A stretch of 64,000 bases of DNA from contig OZ004607.1 of assembly GCA_963924565.1 (NCBI GenBank), forward strand, positions 29,946,001-30,010,000, in the 5' to 3' direction. This DNA comes from Ascidiella aspersa. Lineage: Eukaryota. The notes below the pieces were generated by a model. It was not told the DNA's origin, searched no databases, and worked only from the letters and a program-made list of their open reading frames with translations. The stretch's first letter is position 1, and each line of letters begins with the position of its first letter. Shown piece after piece: positions 25,280-38,808 of the stretch. The position numbers were made by a program, and so were the translations under genes.

Positions 25280-26800
25280 TGTTAGACAAAATAAGTAAGT
25301 ATTTCGCCAACGACAAAATTTTAACATAATAGGCTATAACTTGGCTCATTCAAGGAAAGGTTGTGGTGGCATGCCATGAGTGCCCGTAGCGATAAATAAT
25401 AATAATTGGTAGGCTACACCCTTTATTTTTTTCCTCAATTTGTGAAAAGGCATCAAACTCTCAAGGGATACTCAGACCGAACACGGTAAAATAGTCGTTT
25501 CTATGGCATTTTTATTTAAACTATTTTCATTTTCTTTCATTGTTGCACTTACATTTTGTATAATAAGAAACAAGATCTGCTCAATTAAAAGTAAAAAACA
25601 TTTTCTAAAAAAGATAAAAAGTTCGATGTAGGCTAAAATTAAATTATATCCCATTGGCCTATTGTAGGTGGGAACTCCTTGTTCAACGTATATCGGCAAA
25701 AGCGTCGCTGGTCTCTTCTACATGTTTTGTACACTCGGACAAAACATAATTTATGTGGAACGACACCCGACAATTTTGTATTCAATATTTGCACACTTTT
25801 ATCACTATATTTTCAATAATCTGAACAATTCGAACTGTTAAATGAGAAGTGGAATCATAACTTTGACTTAATTGTTCTCGTACAACGGCACTTCATTCGC
25901 TGTAGGCAAAGATATTATAATATTTTAAAAGCAATTAAACAAAACCAAGCATTAAAAATAAAAAGTACAATTTAATATAAGTTCAAGCAGCATACGGTCA
26001 TGTAACATTTTTTTAATTGGCTTGCTAGTAAATTTTCTAAAAAATTAAACAAAACTCAATGTCACGAAACAAGGACACTGCTTAAAATGGATGAGTGGAA
26101 ATATTGCTATATGTAATTGTTTATATTATAGCTATAAATTAAATTCATCTACAACATTTTTGTAATAAGTGAATTTTTTAGTTTAATTTGCACTGTTTTA
26201 TATGACGTATTTTACTAAATAAGAGTCAAATAACAAACGCTAAAATACATAAAAATTCTACATCTCATCCGAAGTATATTTCTTTTTCTGGGATAAGAAA
26301 ATTTTTGTAACATAGGGCAGTTTTATAAACACAAGTTTACTGAGTATAAGTTCGTGTGCGACTTGTGCGATGTTATTTAGATAAAAGCTTTAGGCGCTTT
26401 TTGATTTTTGGACGTTTGTTGATTTTTGGACGTCGAAAGCGACACCAATAATTAAAAAATGAAAAGGTACGGATTCCAAAAAGCGCCGAAATAAATATAG
26501 GAGAATATATTGCGCTGGTCTAGAATCCCACATTTTTGTCTCGAGGATCGTTTATATTGCTAACATTATTTTGGTTGGGGTGCGAGTTAGCGCTTGTGCT
26601 TGGGTTGGTCAAGTATTATTATTGTTATATTTATACTCCTATATTTATCTACTCATTTCAATTTTGACTATTCGTTTCGTTACTGTAAAAAAAAAAAAGG
26701 TAGGATTCTATAAAGATCACAAGACCAGTGCCACAAATAAATATAATGATTTTAAAAATACTTGACCCAATGCTAACTTGCACTTAAGACCCGTTTATAC

Positions 26801-27136
26801 CAGGGCTGGGGAGCCATCATAAAATAGCATTAGCTCCGGCTCCAGCTCCCGGAGTCGTACAACTCTCAATCCTTTGGCTCCGGCTCCAGCTCCGGAGTAG
26901 TAAAACTCAATCCTTTGGCTCCGAGCTTTAGCACCATAAATTGAAAAATGGCTCCAGCTCCACAAAAGTAATAAAAAGGGCTCTGGCTCCGGCTCCACAA
27001 AAATAATAAAAATGGCTCCGGCTCCACAAAAATAATAAAAATGGCTCCGGCTCCAGCTCCACAAAATTAATAACAATGGCTCCGGCTCTGGCTCCAGAGA
27101 AAATGCTTAGCTCCGGGCTCCGGCTCCCCAGCCCTG
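26801..27136. mobile_element. hAT-type MITE with internal GGCTCC tandem array
   Basis: TIRs CAGGGCTGGGGAGCC / GGCTCCCCAGCCCTG; TSD GTTTATAC (26793-26800, 27137-27144). Confidence 0.88.
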
Positions 27137-27174
27137 GTTTATACTACAGCTGCTCTGAGCTGGGCGTGAAATTA

Positions 27175-27668
27175 TTTACACTACAGCTGAGCTGGAGAAA
27201 TGCGTTTGTACTATATCTGCGTAACATGCACAGCAAAATCACTTTCATGCTTCAATGGCAGAGGAGCAAAGCATAAAAATCACTCCAAAGCGTAATTTTT
27301 TTCTAGCTGCACAGGGCTTGAGCTTAGCAAAGTGTGAAATGCAAATAACTTTGTTCTCAAGAGCAGCTGCCAGGTTGAAAAAGAAGGCCATACGCTTATT
27401 AACTGCAGTCATATCTGCATTTTGTGTAAAATCAACCTTAAATGCCGTCAGCTGCGAAAAAACTCAAATGCGCAAAATTTTCGCCGCCCTTACATTTTTT
27501 AGTATAGTACTCCATTTTCAGCTGGCAAATTATACAAAAAACATTATTACAGCCAAGCAAATTTGGGCAAAAATGTTATTGCAGCCGCGCAATTTCAAGC
27601 TGCAAAATTGTCCAACCCCCCCTCCCCCAGAATCCAAAGTTTCCAATCTGGGCCAGCTGTAGTGTAAA
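27175..27668. repeat. Inverted-repeat-bounded element, probable MITE, superfamily unclear
   Basis: TTTACACTACAGCTG (27175) and CAGCTGTAGTGTAAA (27654-27668) form a perfect 15-bp inverted pair; a further TATACTACAGCTG copy at about 27140. True ends and TSD not resolved. Confidence 0.5.
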
Positions 27669-29365
27669 TCCTCAACCCAAATAATGTTACCAATGTAAAC
27701 CCCGGACAGAAATTAGAACCATTGCCAACTGCCTAATGTACCCTGGAGTGTCTGTAATGCTAAAAAAATATTGGATATCAAACCTTTTCACCTTGTAATT
27801 AATTTTTGTGTTGCTTTTCACATTCAAAAATTAAAAGTTATGTTTTTTTTTAAACTTTACCCATTATAATCCACTTCAGTTCCACTTTAATCTATAAGTA
27901 TTTTAAAAACTGTACAACACTAAGTGCAATATCTAAGTAAAACCATTTGTATTTAAAAATTATGAAAAAAACACTTCTGATCTTACTAAAAATATAAGTT
28001 TTTGTAAAATTGCCTTGCTATATTAAATGGTTTTATATCACTAAAATGCACAATTAGTAAGACCTTAAATATTGTATTAATATTATATACAGATTGTAAT
28101 CATTGAGGTAGTAAAACCCTAATTGGAAACTTTTGTTAGACTAAAGAGATTTTACTGTTGTATCCTGTGCATGCCAAACTTTCCAATCTGAATTAAGACC
28201 ACATTTATTCAGTAAAATTTTGCTCAATTTATGGATGTTAAAATAGGTGCCCGGACATTACAAATTCCTCCGGGTGATTTTTAAAGCCAGAGCAGAAATG
28301 CTTATTTTGGGCTTTCTATAATTTGTTGCCGCCGAAGATTAATGCGTAAATTTATTCGGTTAAAATCTTACGCTAAAATAGGACAATATATTCGCCGAAA
28401 ACCCAATTTTTGAAATCCACCAAGCCATGACAGTATTTCATACCACATGACATCGCTGACATGATTTTGGTAAGCATATCATGCCAAAAATCTCTGGCGG
28501 AAATGCAGTAGAGTTTCATCGGGTCATGTGACAGCTTTGGTACTGTCATAGATTTTTAGTAAAACAAGCCATTTTATCAGTTTGTAATCGTGTGAATCTT
28601 TGACAAAATAGAACATAAAATCGAACCAGTTTTGCATAGTGTTAAATATTTTGCGTGTAGTTGTCAAGGTTAGCAAAAAATACATTTTGTGGGGTACCAT
28701 GGCCACATGATAACTCTGTACAGTTTGCACACAATTGGTTAAAAAAAATGTTCTACTGACAAGAGATGTGTTACTGAAAGCACACTAATTGTGCATGGAA
28801 TGTGGTCCAGTCTAAGTTAGGGCATTTGTGAAAATGCAAATCTACTTTGCAGGTACTAAAATTTCTGCAAATGTATAATAACGTTGTTTATTTAACTGAA
28901 AAGGCTGCAAATGAATAACTATACCACAATGCATAATCACAAAGAAAATTATGCGCATTTGAGCCCTCGGCAGACCTAACTGTCCAAGTGTCCAACCTGG
29001 GAATGATTTTTATGAAACATTTAAAAATACTTGGAACAAAATAAAAAACATGAGGTCTAGTTGCCAAATCAAGTAGTTTTCAAAACTAAGCCGGTGGTTT
29101 TAGTGTCTTTGCAGAGTTAAAATTATGCTGAAGAGTGTACATGCATTATGCATGTATGCATTTCAAATCCGGTTGAGTGTTATGAATTGATGATTTTGCC
29201 TGTTGCAATTCTGTTTAAACAAAAAAAGTGATAAGAGCAAATTTTTGCTTGCTTTTTTTTCTGCATTATTTTTGACCACCTCCCCAACACATTGTGTGCG
29301 AAGTTTTCGCTTGTAACACTATTTACCTGGACTTGTTCTGCAGGTATAAACCTATTTCAAAAAAA

Positions 29366-30553
29366 ATGTCATTTGCTTTGAGTCATAAGTTGTTGGTTCC
29401 TTTGATGAGAAATGTGAGGTACTCTTCCCATGGCAGTACTGAACAATTGCTAAAAACTCGAAGTAAGTGCTTGTATAGCCTTGTGAAACATGATAAATTG
29501 TTATACCATCGTACAATAACTTCATATAATATGTTTATATGTTAAAACAATGTTAAACATCCTATGTAAATGTTAACTATGTACTGTTTTCTAACAATGC
29601 AAATAAATTGATGCTTTACTAAATTCCACATTTTGTAATAACAAAAACATTTGTCTTGTTTAGAACTGATGAAAGTGATGTCACTCACTTTCATTCCTGC
29701 GACCCTTGCTTTGGTGGGCATCAATACATACTTGTCTGAAAAGGAACATCTTAGTCATTCACGTCCAGAATATGTACCGTATTCTCACATTGGTATCAGA
29801 TCCAAGGTTTGCATTATTTTTTTGGAAATGTCACAGTATGAGATCGGGATCGATTTACCTTAAACTACCGACAACATTGACAGTAAAGCAAAAGTGTATA
29901 GGTTGTGTAGAAGTTGAATGTGTGGATAGCATTGAGAGCTGCTATTTTTTGGTTCTTTTATGCTTTTGATTATCTACTTGTGGTCTGTGTAACAAGCAGC
30001 ATAATAAAAAATAGCCGTTTGATATTTTTAGCTTATTTAAAAAACGATTGTAAAACAAATTCCCCTCTACGCAGCTAAAACAGGTTCGGTGCCTACAATG
30101 CAATTTGTATGATATGAGATATGAAGTATATTCCAGAACATATACTAATACTATAATGGAGCCTTTAGTGTATCAATCTCACACCCAGGGTTTTTTTTAA
30201 GGTTTGGTTTGGGTGACCGCTAAGTAGTTTTAAGAGACCGCAAGTGTTTCATTTAAATACCAAAAAGTTGGAAGTCCAAAATTTGGGAAACCGCTGTGAG
30301 AAATATTGGGGACCGTCTCGGTCCCCCAAAACACCTTAAAAGGATATTATGTCAAGTTTTTCGCACTAAGAAATCAGTTATGATTTGCTTTACGAATGTT
30401 TAGTTGTAAACACTCTTATCCCGATTTTGTTTCTTGATATAATTTCTTGTGTTTGAGCAGAGGTTTCCGTGGGGCGACGGCAACCATTCCCTTTTCCACC
30501 ACCCCAAAGCCAACTACGTGCCTGGTGTCGGCTATGAGGAGGAGTGGTATTGA
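29366..30553 (+). CDS. COX6A: Cytochrome c oxidase subunit 6A, mitochondrial precursor, 110 aa; exons 29366-29462, 29664-29806, 30461-30553
   Basis: GT-AG introns with consistent phase give [110 protein letters not shown]; [20 protein letters not shown] is the COX6A signature. Confidence 0.95.
30186..30342. mobile_element. MITE copy in COX6A intron 2 (same family as 16552-16734)
   Basis: Shares TAAGGTTTGGTTTGGGTGACCGCTAAGTAGTTTTAAGAGACCGCAAGTGTTTCATTTAAATAC with the 16552 copy. Confidence 0.75.
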
Positions 30554-30833
30554 GAAAGGACATCCATCTAAATCCTCTCTTGTTTGATTTGACCATTGTT
30601 TTACCCTTATCCCAACCCTAAAAAAACATAAACCTGTCTTAAGCTGTGTTGAAATAAATATGTCTCCTGAAATTCGTCGTGGTGTTTTTTGAATTCTGCA
30701 AGCGAGTACCGCTGTCATCGATTCGTTTAAAATCGTTCAATTTTGGCCGCATTTACATTTGCTTCGAAGGTGTGAACAGTGGGCGATTAACTGGCATTAG
30801 TAGTGTTAATATGTCAGCAACCTCTGTTAACAC

Positions 30834-31209
30834 CAGGGCTGCGGAGTCGGACTCGGGACTCGAGTAAGAACTCGTGAAACTACCCGAGTCCGACATGCGC
30901 ATGCGCAGTACCAAATTTTAAAACTGATATGCCCGCCAAATGGAAATTGTAAAGGTGGAATATTATATGGATTAATATTTTCCAACCATTTATTGTGAGT
31001 GAGTAAATTCCACGACACCCCTATAAGTGGCTTGCTGAATATCCACGTTATTTTAGTTACGTAAATTGGTGAAATACAGGCTGTAGAGTCCGGGCCGGAC
31101 TCGGGACTCGACAAAATCGCACATTTGACCGGAGTCGGAATCGGTACTCGGGTTTATTTTTTTGGCCGGAGTCGGACTCGGGTTATTTTTAACCGACTCC
31201 GCAGCCTTG
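30834..31209. mobile_element. hAT-type MITE with GAGTCGGACTC subterminal repeats
   Basis: TIRs CAGGGCTGCGGAGTCGG / CCGACTCCGCAGCCTTG; TSD GTTAACAC; close copy at 54577-54993. Confidence 0.9.
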
Positions 31210-32600
31210 GTTAACACAACAAGTGTAAGGCCAAAAGCCGAGTTTTGTTATCAACTGAATTTGTTTTAATTCTGTCAGTACTAAAACTTTGCTTAATTAG
31301 AAATTTTAACAAAAACATTTAATATTATATCACCCTTGCTAAAACCGAAAGTTAAAAAGAGCGTGCCGTGAAATGATTTTTCTTTTAACACGCTACCGGC
31401 TTTTCCTCGTAATAACCTCCAGTGTGACAGGAGCGAGGGCATCAAAACGTTCTGTCGTATAACATATATTTTATAACCCTTGTCGTGCACAAATATGCGA
31501 GATGAAAAGCAGTCTAACCGCCGAAAACAATTTTTTTGGTTTAAATTAGCAAAACTTTAAGCACATGAATTCGCATCTCCATAAAATGGCATATATCATA
31601 TAATTTAACACAAATAACGCTTGTGTAGAGTCACTCTGCATAACGTAACTTAGTTTGCATGTCGCCTTCGCGTAAAAGGAGCAAATTCATACCAATAACA
31701 GAAGAGGGGGCCTATAAATGTTAAGAAAAAGGGATGGTACCCCAAAAAATGACATTGTACTTAGAAATGCGATTAAAACTTGTTTTTATTACTAGCCTAC
31801 CGACTGCACACCAAAAATGTAACCCTTTCTTTGCTGCCCTATAACTATAAAAATTACCTTTTGTTGTCAAAAAAACGCGAGAAAATACAGTTTGTGGTGG
31901 CCACGCACCCTCCGGGATCCGCATAGGTGGCGTGACTGTATCCCTTCAGGTTTGTTGTTTGTTTACCACCGTTCGCCATGATTATGTCAACAGAAACACA
32001 ATAGGCTAACTGTAATGACAGTAGAAAAATCCTCGAGCATAACCTCGAGTACCATTGGATTTGAGAAGTAGGAGTTAAATTTAGCATGTCAGTCACAGTC
32101 ATATCAGCTCTTTAACCTACAGGTCTATTAATTATCAGCTTTACTACTAGCTTGGATTAAGGCATTGGTTCTCTAAACTTATCCAGCCAGCACTCTAGGA
32201 AAAAAATTATAGCCTAACTTAAAAAACACGCCAATTCCCTGTATTTCACCAGTTATTATAGGTGGCGAGGAATGGAAAAAGGCACAACGGCTGAGTTTAT
32301 GACACGCCGATAATATTCAAAATTAATTACATTACGTCACTACAGTTGTATCAGTTGATCGAAAAAAACATCTGTCAGCATGACGTAAAGTTACCATACC
32401 GTTCTGTTAAGGCAGGGTTTGTGAGAGAGCTGCATTTGTGTTATTTTCTATTTTGTGTGTCTAATTTTTGGTTTTAAAAGACAGGTTTTAATACATAAAT
32501 TTCGTGTTTAGTTGATTATAATGTATGCGTGGGCATAAAATATTTTTTAACTATAATTAACATTTACCACCCACGCAGTAAAAAGTCAGCAGAAACTAAT

Positions 32601-35600
32601 ATGAGTGTGCTTGGTCAGTCGGTCAAAGCGTTGGAGGCGATTGACTATCACTGTGGAGGGTCAGCGATACGGGTCATCAGTGGTGGACTTCCAAAAACCC
32701 AAGGCGACTCGTTTGCCGAGAGGCGGGATTTTGCTAAGAACAAACTGGACTACATTGGAAAGCATGTCAAATAGTTTGTGTCTGCTAAAGACAGATTCAG
32801 ATTCAATTTATTTTTGTGCATGTTTGCAAACATCGAAAAAACAAAATAACATAAATAATAACACAAGGACAGCGAAAGGACCATTCGGTCTTCGAGTCGA
32901 GCTGCCCATCAAAAATAAATAAATTTAGTGGCAATATTGAAAGTTACAATAATTGGAAACAAAAAGTGCGTAGATAAAAAACATGTAGATTTTAACGGTT
33001 TTAAATAAATTTTAGAAATAAAAAATAGATACGAAAACGCAATGTAAAACTAGCAAAACAACGATAAGGTCAGAAAGTGCTATACAACGGTTACGTACTG
33101 CAGGATTTATTTCAAATCTGTGCCTTCGCACGTGTCTGTGCGACTGCGCCTACGGCTGGCAATTATTAGTAATAGTAATAAAATTAGTGGTAGATAATAA
33201 GTAAAATGATTGTTGACCAATTTGTAAACCTCGGGCAGCGTCTGCTCCGTTGTTTACATTTAGTTGTGACAGTGAGGCCTATCGTAAAAAATAAATCAAG
33301 TGCACTACTATTACTTAAAATATTGATATTTTATCGATTGACGTTTACTTGGACTTTGGTTTTTGTTTAAAATGGCCCAAATTTTCTTTTTTCCAAAATG
33401 GTTCTGAATAGCAAAAACTCCACGAGGCAAACAGATGTTTTTCAACTGTTTCAGGGTCCTCTGCTTCGAGCCGCGGGGTTACCGGTGCATGACTGTTGTC
33501 ATGCCGATAGCGCACGACGAAGAGGCAGCGGATGCAGCGGTGGTGTTTCTGGCGGCGACCATGTACCTACCCATGTGCGGGTAGGCCACCATCTGCTACG
33601 TAAGGTCGGTCGCTTTATTTGAAGGATTAAAGTGCATTCACGTGGAGAGACGCTTCGTACCAGTGTTTCACTACATTGATAAGAAATTGCAATTTTTGAG
33701 AATATACTCAACGAAATACAAACGAATTTTGTGTGAAATTGGAAATCAGGATATATATCGGCTATTAGCGGTAATCGACATCCCTCAACAAAGTAGGCTA
33801 CATGGGATTTTGGGAGGGATATGTCCTTTCTTGGAATTTCTACCATATTAAAAACGTGGAATTATCGGTCAGCGCTAGTCGTTCGTGGTATTGGCTGTGT
33901 GTTGCCGACTTGTACACAATAAACACCGCTCTGTATCAGGAAAATATGTTCGCTAGTCAGTGACATTATGGTCTACGCGCAGTTAAAATCGTTTAAGGCT
34001 ATGAATATGAGCAAAGCTTTGTCAAAACATAACCTCAAGTCAAAGCTATGCTGATTTGAAGTTTAAGAAACTTTATGCGGTACTTATTACAGATGGTTGC
34101 TGGAACACGGCATCGTCAAGGCGACTGAGCCTGAGACAGCCCTGACCATTCAGTGCCCGGTAGGTCTTGTGAAGGTCTTCGCCGAGTGGAGCAACGGCAA
34201 AGTGGGCAAGGTCCGATTTCACAGCGTACCGTCGTACACACTGGTTTCAGGTACATTTTTTACGTAGAAGGTTTTCGTGGCTTCTGAATTGAATCGCCAG
34301 TGGACAAGATTTTACCTTGACCGCTTTTAATGTCGGATTTTCGTACCTGTTTCCAAAATGTGACATACTTAAATTTATTAAAGCAACTCAGTGTCGCTAA
34401 TCAACCGTACTTATTTTTTTAGAATAGCGACAAATAAAACACTACATAAATCACTTCTATTTGTCAGATTTGGAATTGGTTATATCGCCGGGCAGAAAAA
34501 TCACCGCGAATGTAATCAACAGCGGTGAAAATTACGCCATTGTTTCTCAAACCCAATTAGGGCTGGTTATCGAAAACGAAGACATCCAGAAATTAATTGC
34601 AGTCGCAAACAAGATTACTGCGAAGGCTGATACCTTGGTAAGTTTATCAATGGAAAGACGATGGTTCTCTCTCGCCACCTTGTGGCAACTGGACCTAAAC
34701 ATTGGTTTGACGTAGAGTAATTTGGTTGCAACGCAAGACTTATCTGCTTTCGTTCTTGGGTCAATGTTGGCCAAGCGTAGGACCATGTTATCAAATTAAG
34801 AAAATTTTCCTGCAACCATACTTGAGTTCATTGATTCTTACTTAAAACTTTCTATATCAACAGCGAAGAATTTATCCTAAAAGTTAACCATTACAGCTCA
34901 TTGATGTGGCATGAATAACAACTTAGATTAAAAATAGGGGATTTGATTAAAAAGGTTAAAAAAAACTGAAGCACTGTCCAAGATGTTTAAACCTGAATGA
35001 CTTTATTTTGTAGAAAGTAGTATAGACTTACCTATGTGGCTTGTAAAAATTGATGACTAAATCTAATGAGCGACTTGGCCATAGGACACACTATATAAAT
35101 TAGGTATAAAAGGAAAGGTCGAAGCCGGGTAAAGAGCTGCAGGAAAGCCGCACAACCTGCTGTAAATGTTTGCTAAAAAGCTTGACACCTTCGAAGATAG
35201 TACACCGAAAAGCCATCGCAGACTCGCCGAATCTGTCGATCGATGATGCAAGCAGACCAAGCCAGAAAAACAACTGGCCTGCAGTGAGGTTCGAACTCAC
35301 GACCTCCTAAAGCAACTTCCGAGGGGCTAGATCACAGATGTTATTAAACACATATGTTTGTGTGTGTCTTTCATTGATTGATACGGACTGATGATCCCCC
35401 AGTGTGAAGTTGCTTGTACTAACAAAATGTGCAAGTATTGGCGCATGGTTGTTTCTCGACTCGCTCCTCTCTGAGCCTGCATAGCTCAGTTGGTAGAGCG
35501 ACGGCCCCGGCTTGACCGGAGGTCGTGAGTTCGAACCTCACTGCAGGCCAGTTGTTTTTCTGGCTTGCTCTACCTTCGAAGGTGCACGGTATATTAGGGT

Positions 35601-37866
35601 TTTTCGATACTATCGAATTGACACACAAAACGTAAGGATTTAGGCCAGGGGTGTCCAACTCAAACATGCCGGCGTGCCAATTTTTATCTTACAACTTCTT
35701 TCCGTGCCAAAGTTTCGTAACCGAACCAATTCTTTTTAATCATAAAAGCGCTTTTTTACCAAAAATAAGAACGTTTGTTTAAACTTGAAAAAAAACTGTC
35801 TAGTAGAAATGTGCATCACTACATCAAAGTGTCTCTCGGTGAGCTGACTTTTGTTTCTTCACACCAAGCTATATAATATTATGTGAATGCTAGCCTCCAC
35901 ACAGTATAATGTTACTATATCAAAACTAATTGTTGGTTGTCGTGACTGCCGCGATTGTTTTTTTTTGTGAACCAAACAATGGCAAGTGGCTGTATAACAA
36001 ACTTAGTGAGCTTTTTTGGCAATTGGCTAAATAACAATTTTATTATTTTGGGGAGAGGCCATTTTTTATTAGCCACATTTGGCACGCGTGCCGCTTCTGA
36101 TTTAAGCTATAGTTCTCCATTCAATACAGTGATTCCAACCTTGAAAGGTAAATTTATCAAAAAATAGTAGGTTAACAGCTGAGGTTATTAGCTAAACATT
36201 AAGGCCTACAACCTGAAAAAACAACAAGTTTAAACCAATTTTAATTTGATTTAGTTTGCTTAGGCTACTTGGGCATGGTAATGACGTAATTTTGTATAGA
36301 ATGGAATCGCGTTACTTTTGGTCAAAAATGTTGGTTATCGCTATTGGAAAAAAATGTCAAGTATCTGACATCCATAGTAAAATTATCTGCCCGATGTTAT
36401 TTAAAATAGTTTTTATAGGTTGACTCGGAAATATGTGGAACGATCATTACGAACGACGACATTACGAACGACGAGAACGGTAGAACACACCTCGTCGTGT
36501 ATGAGGACTCGATGGTTGGTATTTAGGTAAAAAAGTAACTTTTGTGTAGCTATAGCACCTTGAATGATTGAAAAAATTGTCCTAGAAAAACGGATATATG
36601 TTTTTAAGTCCCCACACTTGGCAGTTTTAAATTAAAAAGGTATGAAGTGACATGCTTACTTTTTAATATTTTTCCAGAAAGCTCATGACAAACCTAAATA
36701 TTAGAAAGAGTAATTCGCCCAATTTACCCTTTAGTGCAAACTTAACATTAGCTTGAAACTTCAATGTCGCAATTTTTTCAATGTCGCAATTTAAATCTGC
36801 TGATTTCACTAAAATATACACTAATATTTTAATTAGGGGTTGATGGACCCCCTAAAACTAGTTCACGGACCCCTAAGGGGTCCATGGACCCCAGTTGAAG
36901 AACCCCTGACTTATTTGCATTGTGTTTGTCAGATAAACAGGGGCTTTTGTGGCTCCGGGTCCGCAGCGCGGACGACATTGGATTACTTTTTCGGCCATTT
37001 GAAGTTGGGAGAGTCGCGAAATTACGCAAGTGTAATGACGATGCAAGGGTAAGTAATGGTTCGCGACATATCAGGGCAAAGCTTGCGCCAGCATCATTAA
37101 CGTTTTTTAGCAGTCGTGTTTATTTTTTAGCTTTGGTTTTCCGGCGTTATAAACTTAAAACAAAGACTAAACGGTAGCAGATCAAAAAGTCCGTGAACAG
37201 CTGAACTGGCAGCTTAGCTGCTCAAAATCATAGCATTAAACTGGCATTTCGATGGTTTCAAAATCCATTGCGCAAGACCTGTTCATAAAAACAGAAGTAG
37301 TGCCTGCGTTGCTTTTATATTTGAGTTTTAAAAATAGGTCCTATACTTAAAACAATTTACGCCAAATTTATCTGAATTGATTTGCCGAAAATACGGTGGG
37401 TCTCAATGTTGCAACGAATTGTTCGATGATGTTATAGAAATAATTACTAGCACATTGGCACCTGGGCGTGGTTTGGGCTACTTTCAAAAATAATATTCAA
37501 GCAGTTCGTTTGAACCCGTTCTTGGATTTACATATATTCGACCCGATTGTTGCCATTACTATTAACTTTGAGTGGAGTTAAAATATTTCAACGAGTTGGC
37601 TGTTTACTACAAACCCACCCCCAAACAATGATCGCCACCGTGAATTAATTTGCATTACCGTAAGTGCCGGACGCCAAAAAGGCCTAAAGCACAAAGGTTA
37701 AATAAATGCTTTGTTGATTTTTTCCGTAGGACAACAGCTACACCGATTCGTGCAGTTAAACTGGAAGGCAGGGATGCGGCAAATAGAAGGCCGTGCTTTT
37801 TGCACTGGAAAGCATCAGTTTGTATTGGAAGCGGATGATCCTCTTGTGGATGGATTCCCAGTGTAA
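32601..37866 (+). pseudogene. Proline-racemase-family (L3HYPDH-like) pseudogene; exons 32601-32761, 33455-33604, 34093-34250, 34468-34637, 36419-36514, 36933-37048, 37730-37866
   Basis: Exons 1-6 match the minus-strand paralog in length (161,150,158,170,96,116). Lesions: GC at donor 1, in-frame TAG at 33582-33584 (paralog GAG), 8-nt deletion frameshift in exon 7. Confidence 0.9.
35475..35549 (+). repeat. tRNA-like module inside a dispersed repeat (pseudo-tRNA or SINE-like head), in an intron
   Basis: Acceptor stem GCCTGCA/TGCAGGC, D stem GCTC/GAGC, T stem GTGAG/CTCAC with TTCGAAC loop; anticodon arm non-canonical. Related pieces on minus at about 35200-35310, 38043-38212 and 45345-45435. Confidence 0.75.
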
Positions 37867-38808
37867 TTGGACTATTGATGTTACGTCGTTATGCCGAATT
37901 TATTTCGCACATTCTCCGTAGCAAAACGTTCTCCAGTCCTTATGATGTTCTCACTAAAAATAAATTTGGCAAAAATTGGGTTGTGAGCTATAAATACAAT
38001 TAGTAACACCTTGTGTCAAAGCAAACGCTAAAGTTATGTTAATAGTACACCGAAAGCGAACGCAGAACAAACAACTAACCTGCATTGAGTGTCAAACTCA
38101 CGACCTCCGGGACCATCACTGTACTAACTGAGCTACAGCTTCAGAAAAGAGCGAGTCGAGAAACAAACAAATGCGAATGCTTGTTATATTGTATTAGTAC
38201 AAGCAACTTCACGTTATAGGATATCTACACTACCATTACTAAATGGAAGTTTATGTTATGCTAGCTGTGGACTCCGAATCTGGGTTACAGCAGAGGCGGG
38301 GTCAGGATTTTCATTTGATTGTTGGTGTAAATATCCTACAATTAAATTCTTGTTAAGAACCCGAGATCTTTAACAGATCTTTCGTATATAAATGTTAAGA
38401 TGTGTTCCTAATGTTCCGTAAAGATTTTTCTTTAGAAAATTTACTTTTGAAAATCACATTTTAATTAGGAATTACTTCTCCATGTAGCTTAATGAAAAAC
38501 GCTATTTAAACAATTCAAGTATTTTACATAATTGTCTGATTTATTTAAAACTTTTAAATGTACAACCACTTTAGAACATACGCGACAAGACTGTTGGTTG
38601 AACTAAGCATTTCCCTCATTTTTGTACAATTTTACCCTAAAAAATATATTGTTTTAACACTCAAGGGGGAAATTTGTTTAAACTATATGCCAGCAAATTG
38701 TTCAGGTCGCAACGTACAATGTTAGGTTCTAATGAAGCCTATAGGCCAACGCGTTTATTTCAGCGGTAGTAGTAACTAGGCCCAAGCGCATCGGCACAAC
38801 ATCCACGG

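Noticed and set aside
26815-27125. GGCTCC array as a CRISPR array or EPEPE-repeat protein
   Set aside because: No unique spacers, eukaryotic context, and it lies within TIRs and an 8-bp TSD.
33582-33584. In-frame TAG beside the catalytic cysteine as recoding (pyrrolysine or readthrough)
   Set aside because: The paralog has GAG, a single G to T change, and the same copy also has a frameshift and a damaged donor, so pseudogenisation is simpler.
35475-35549. Functional tRNA gene
   Set aside because: Anticodon arm is two bases too long, mispaired and lacks U33; it belongs to a dispersed repeat.
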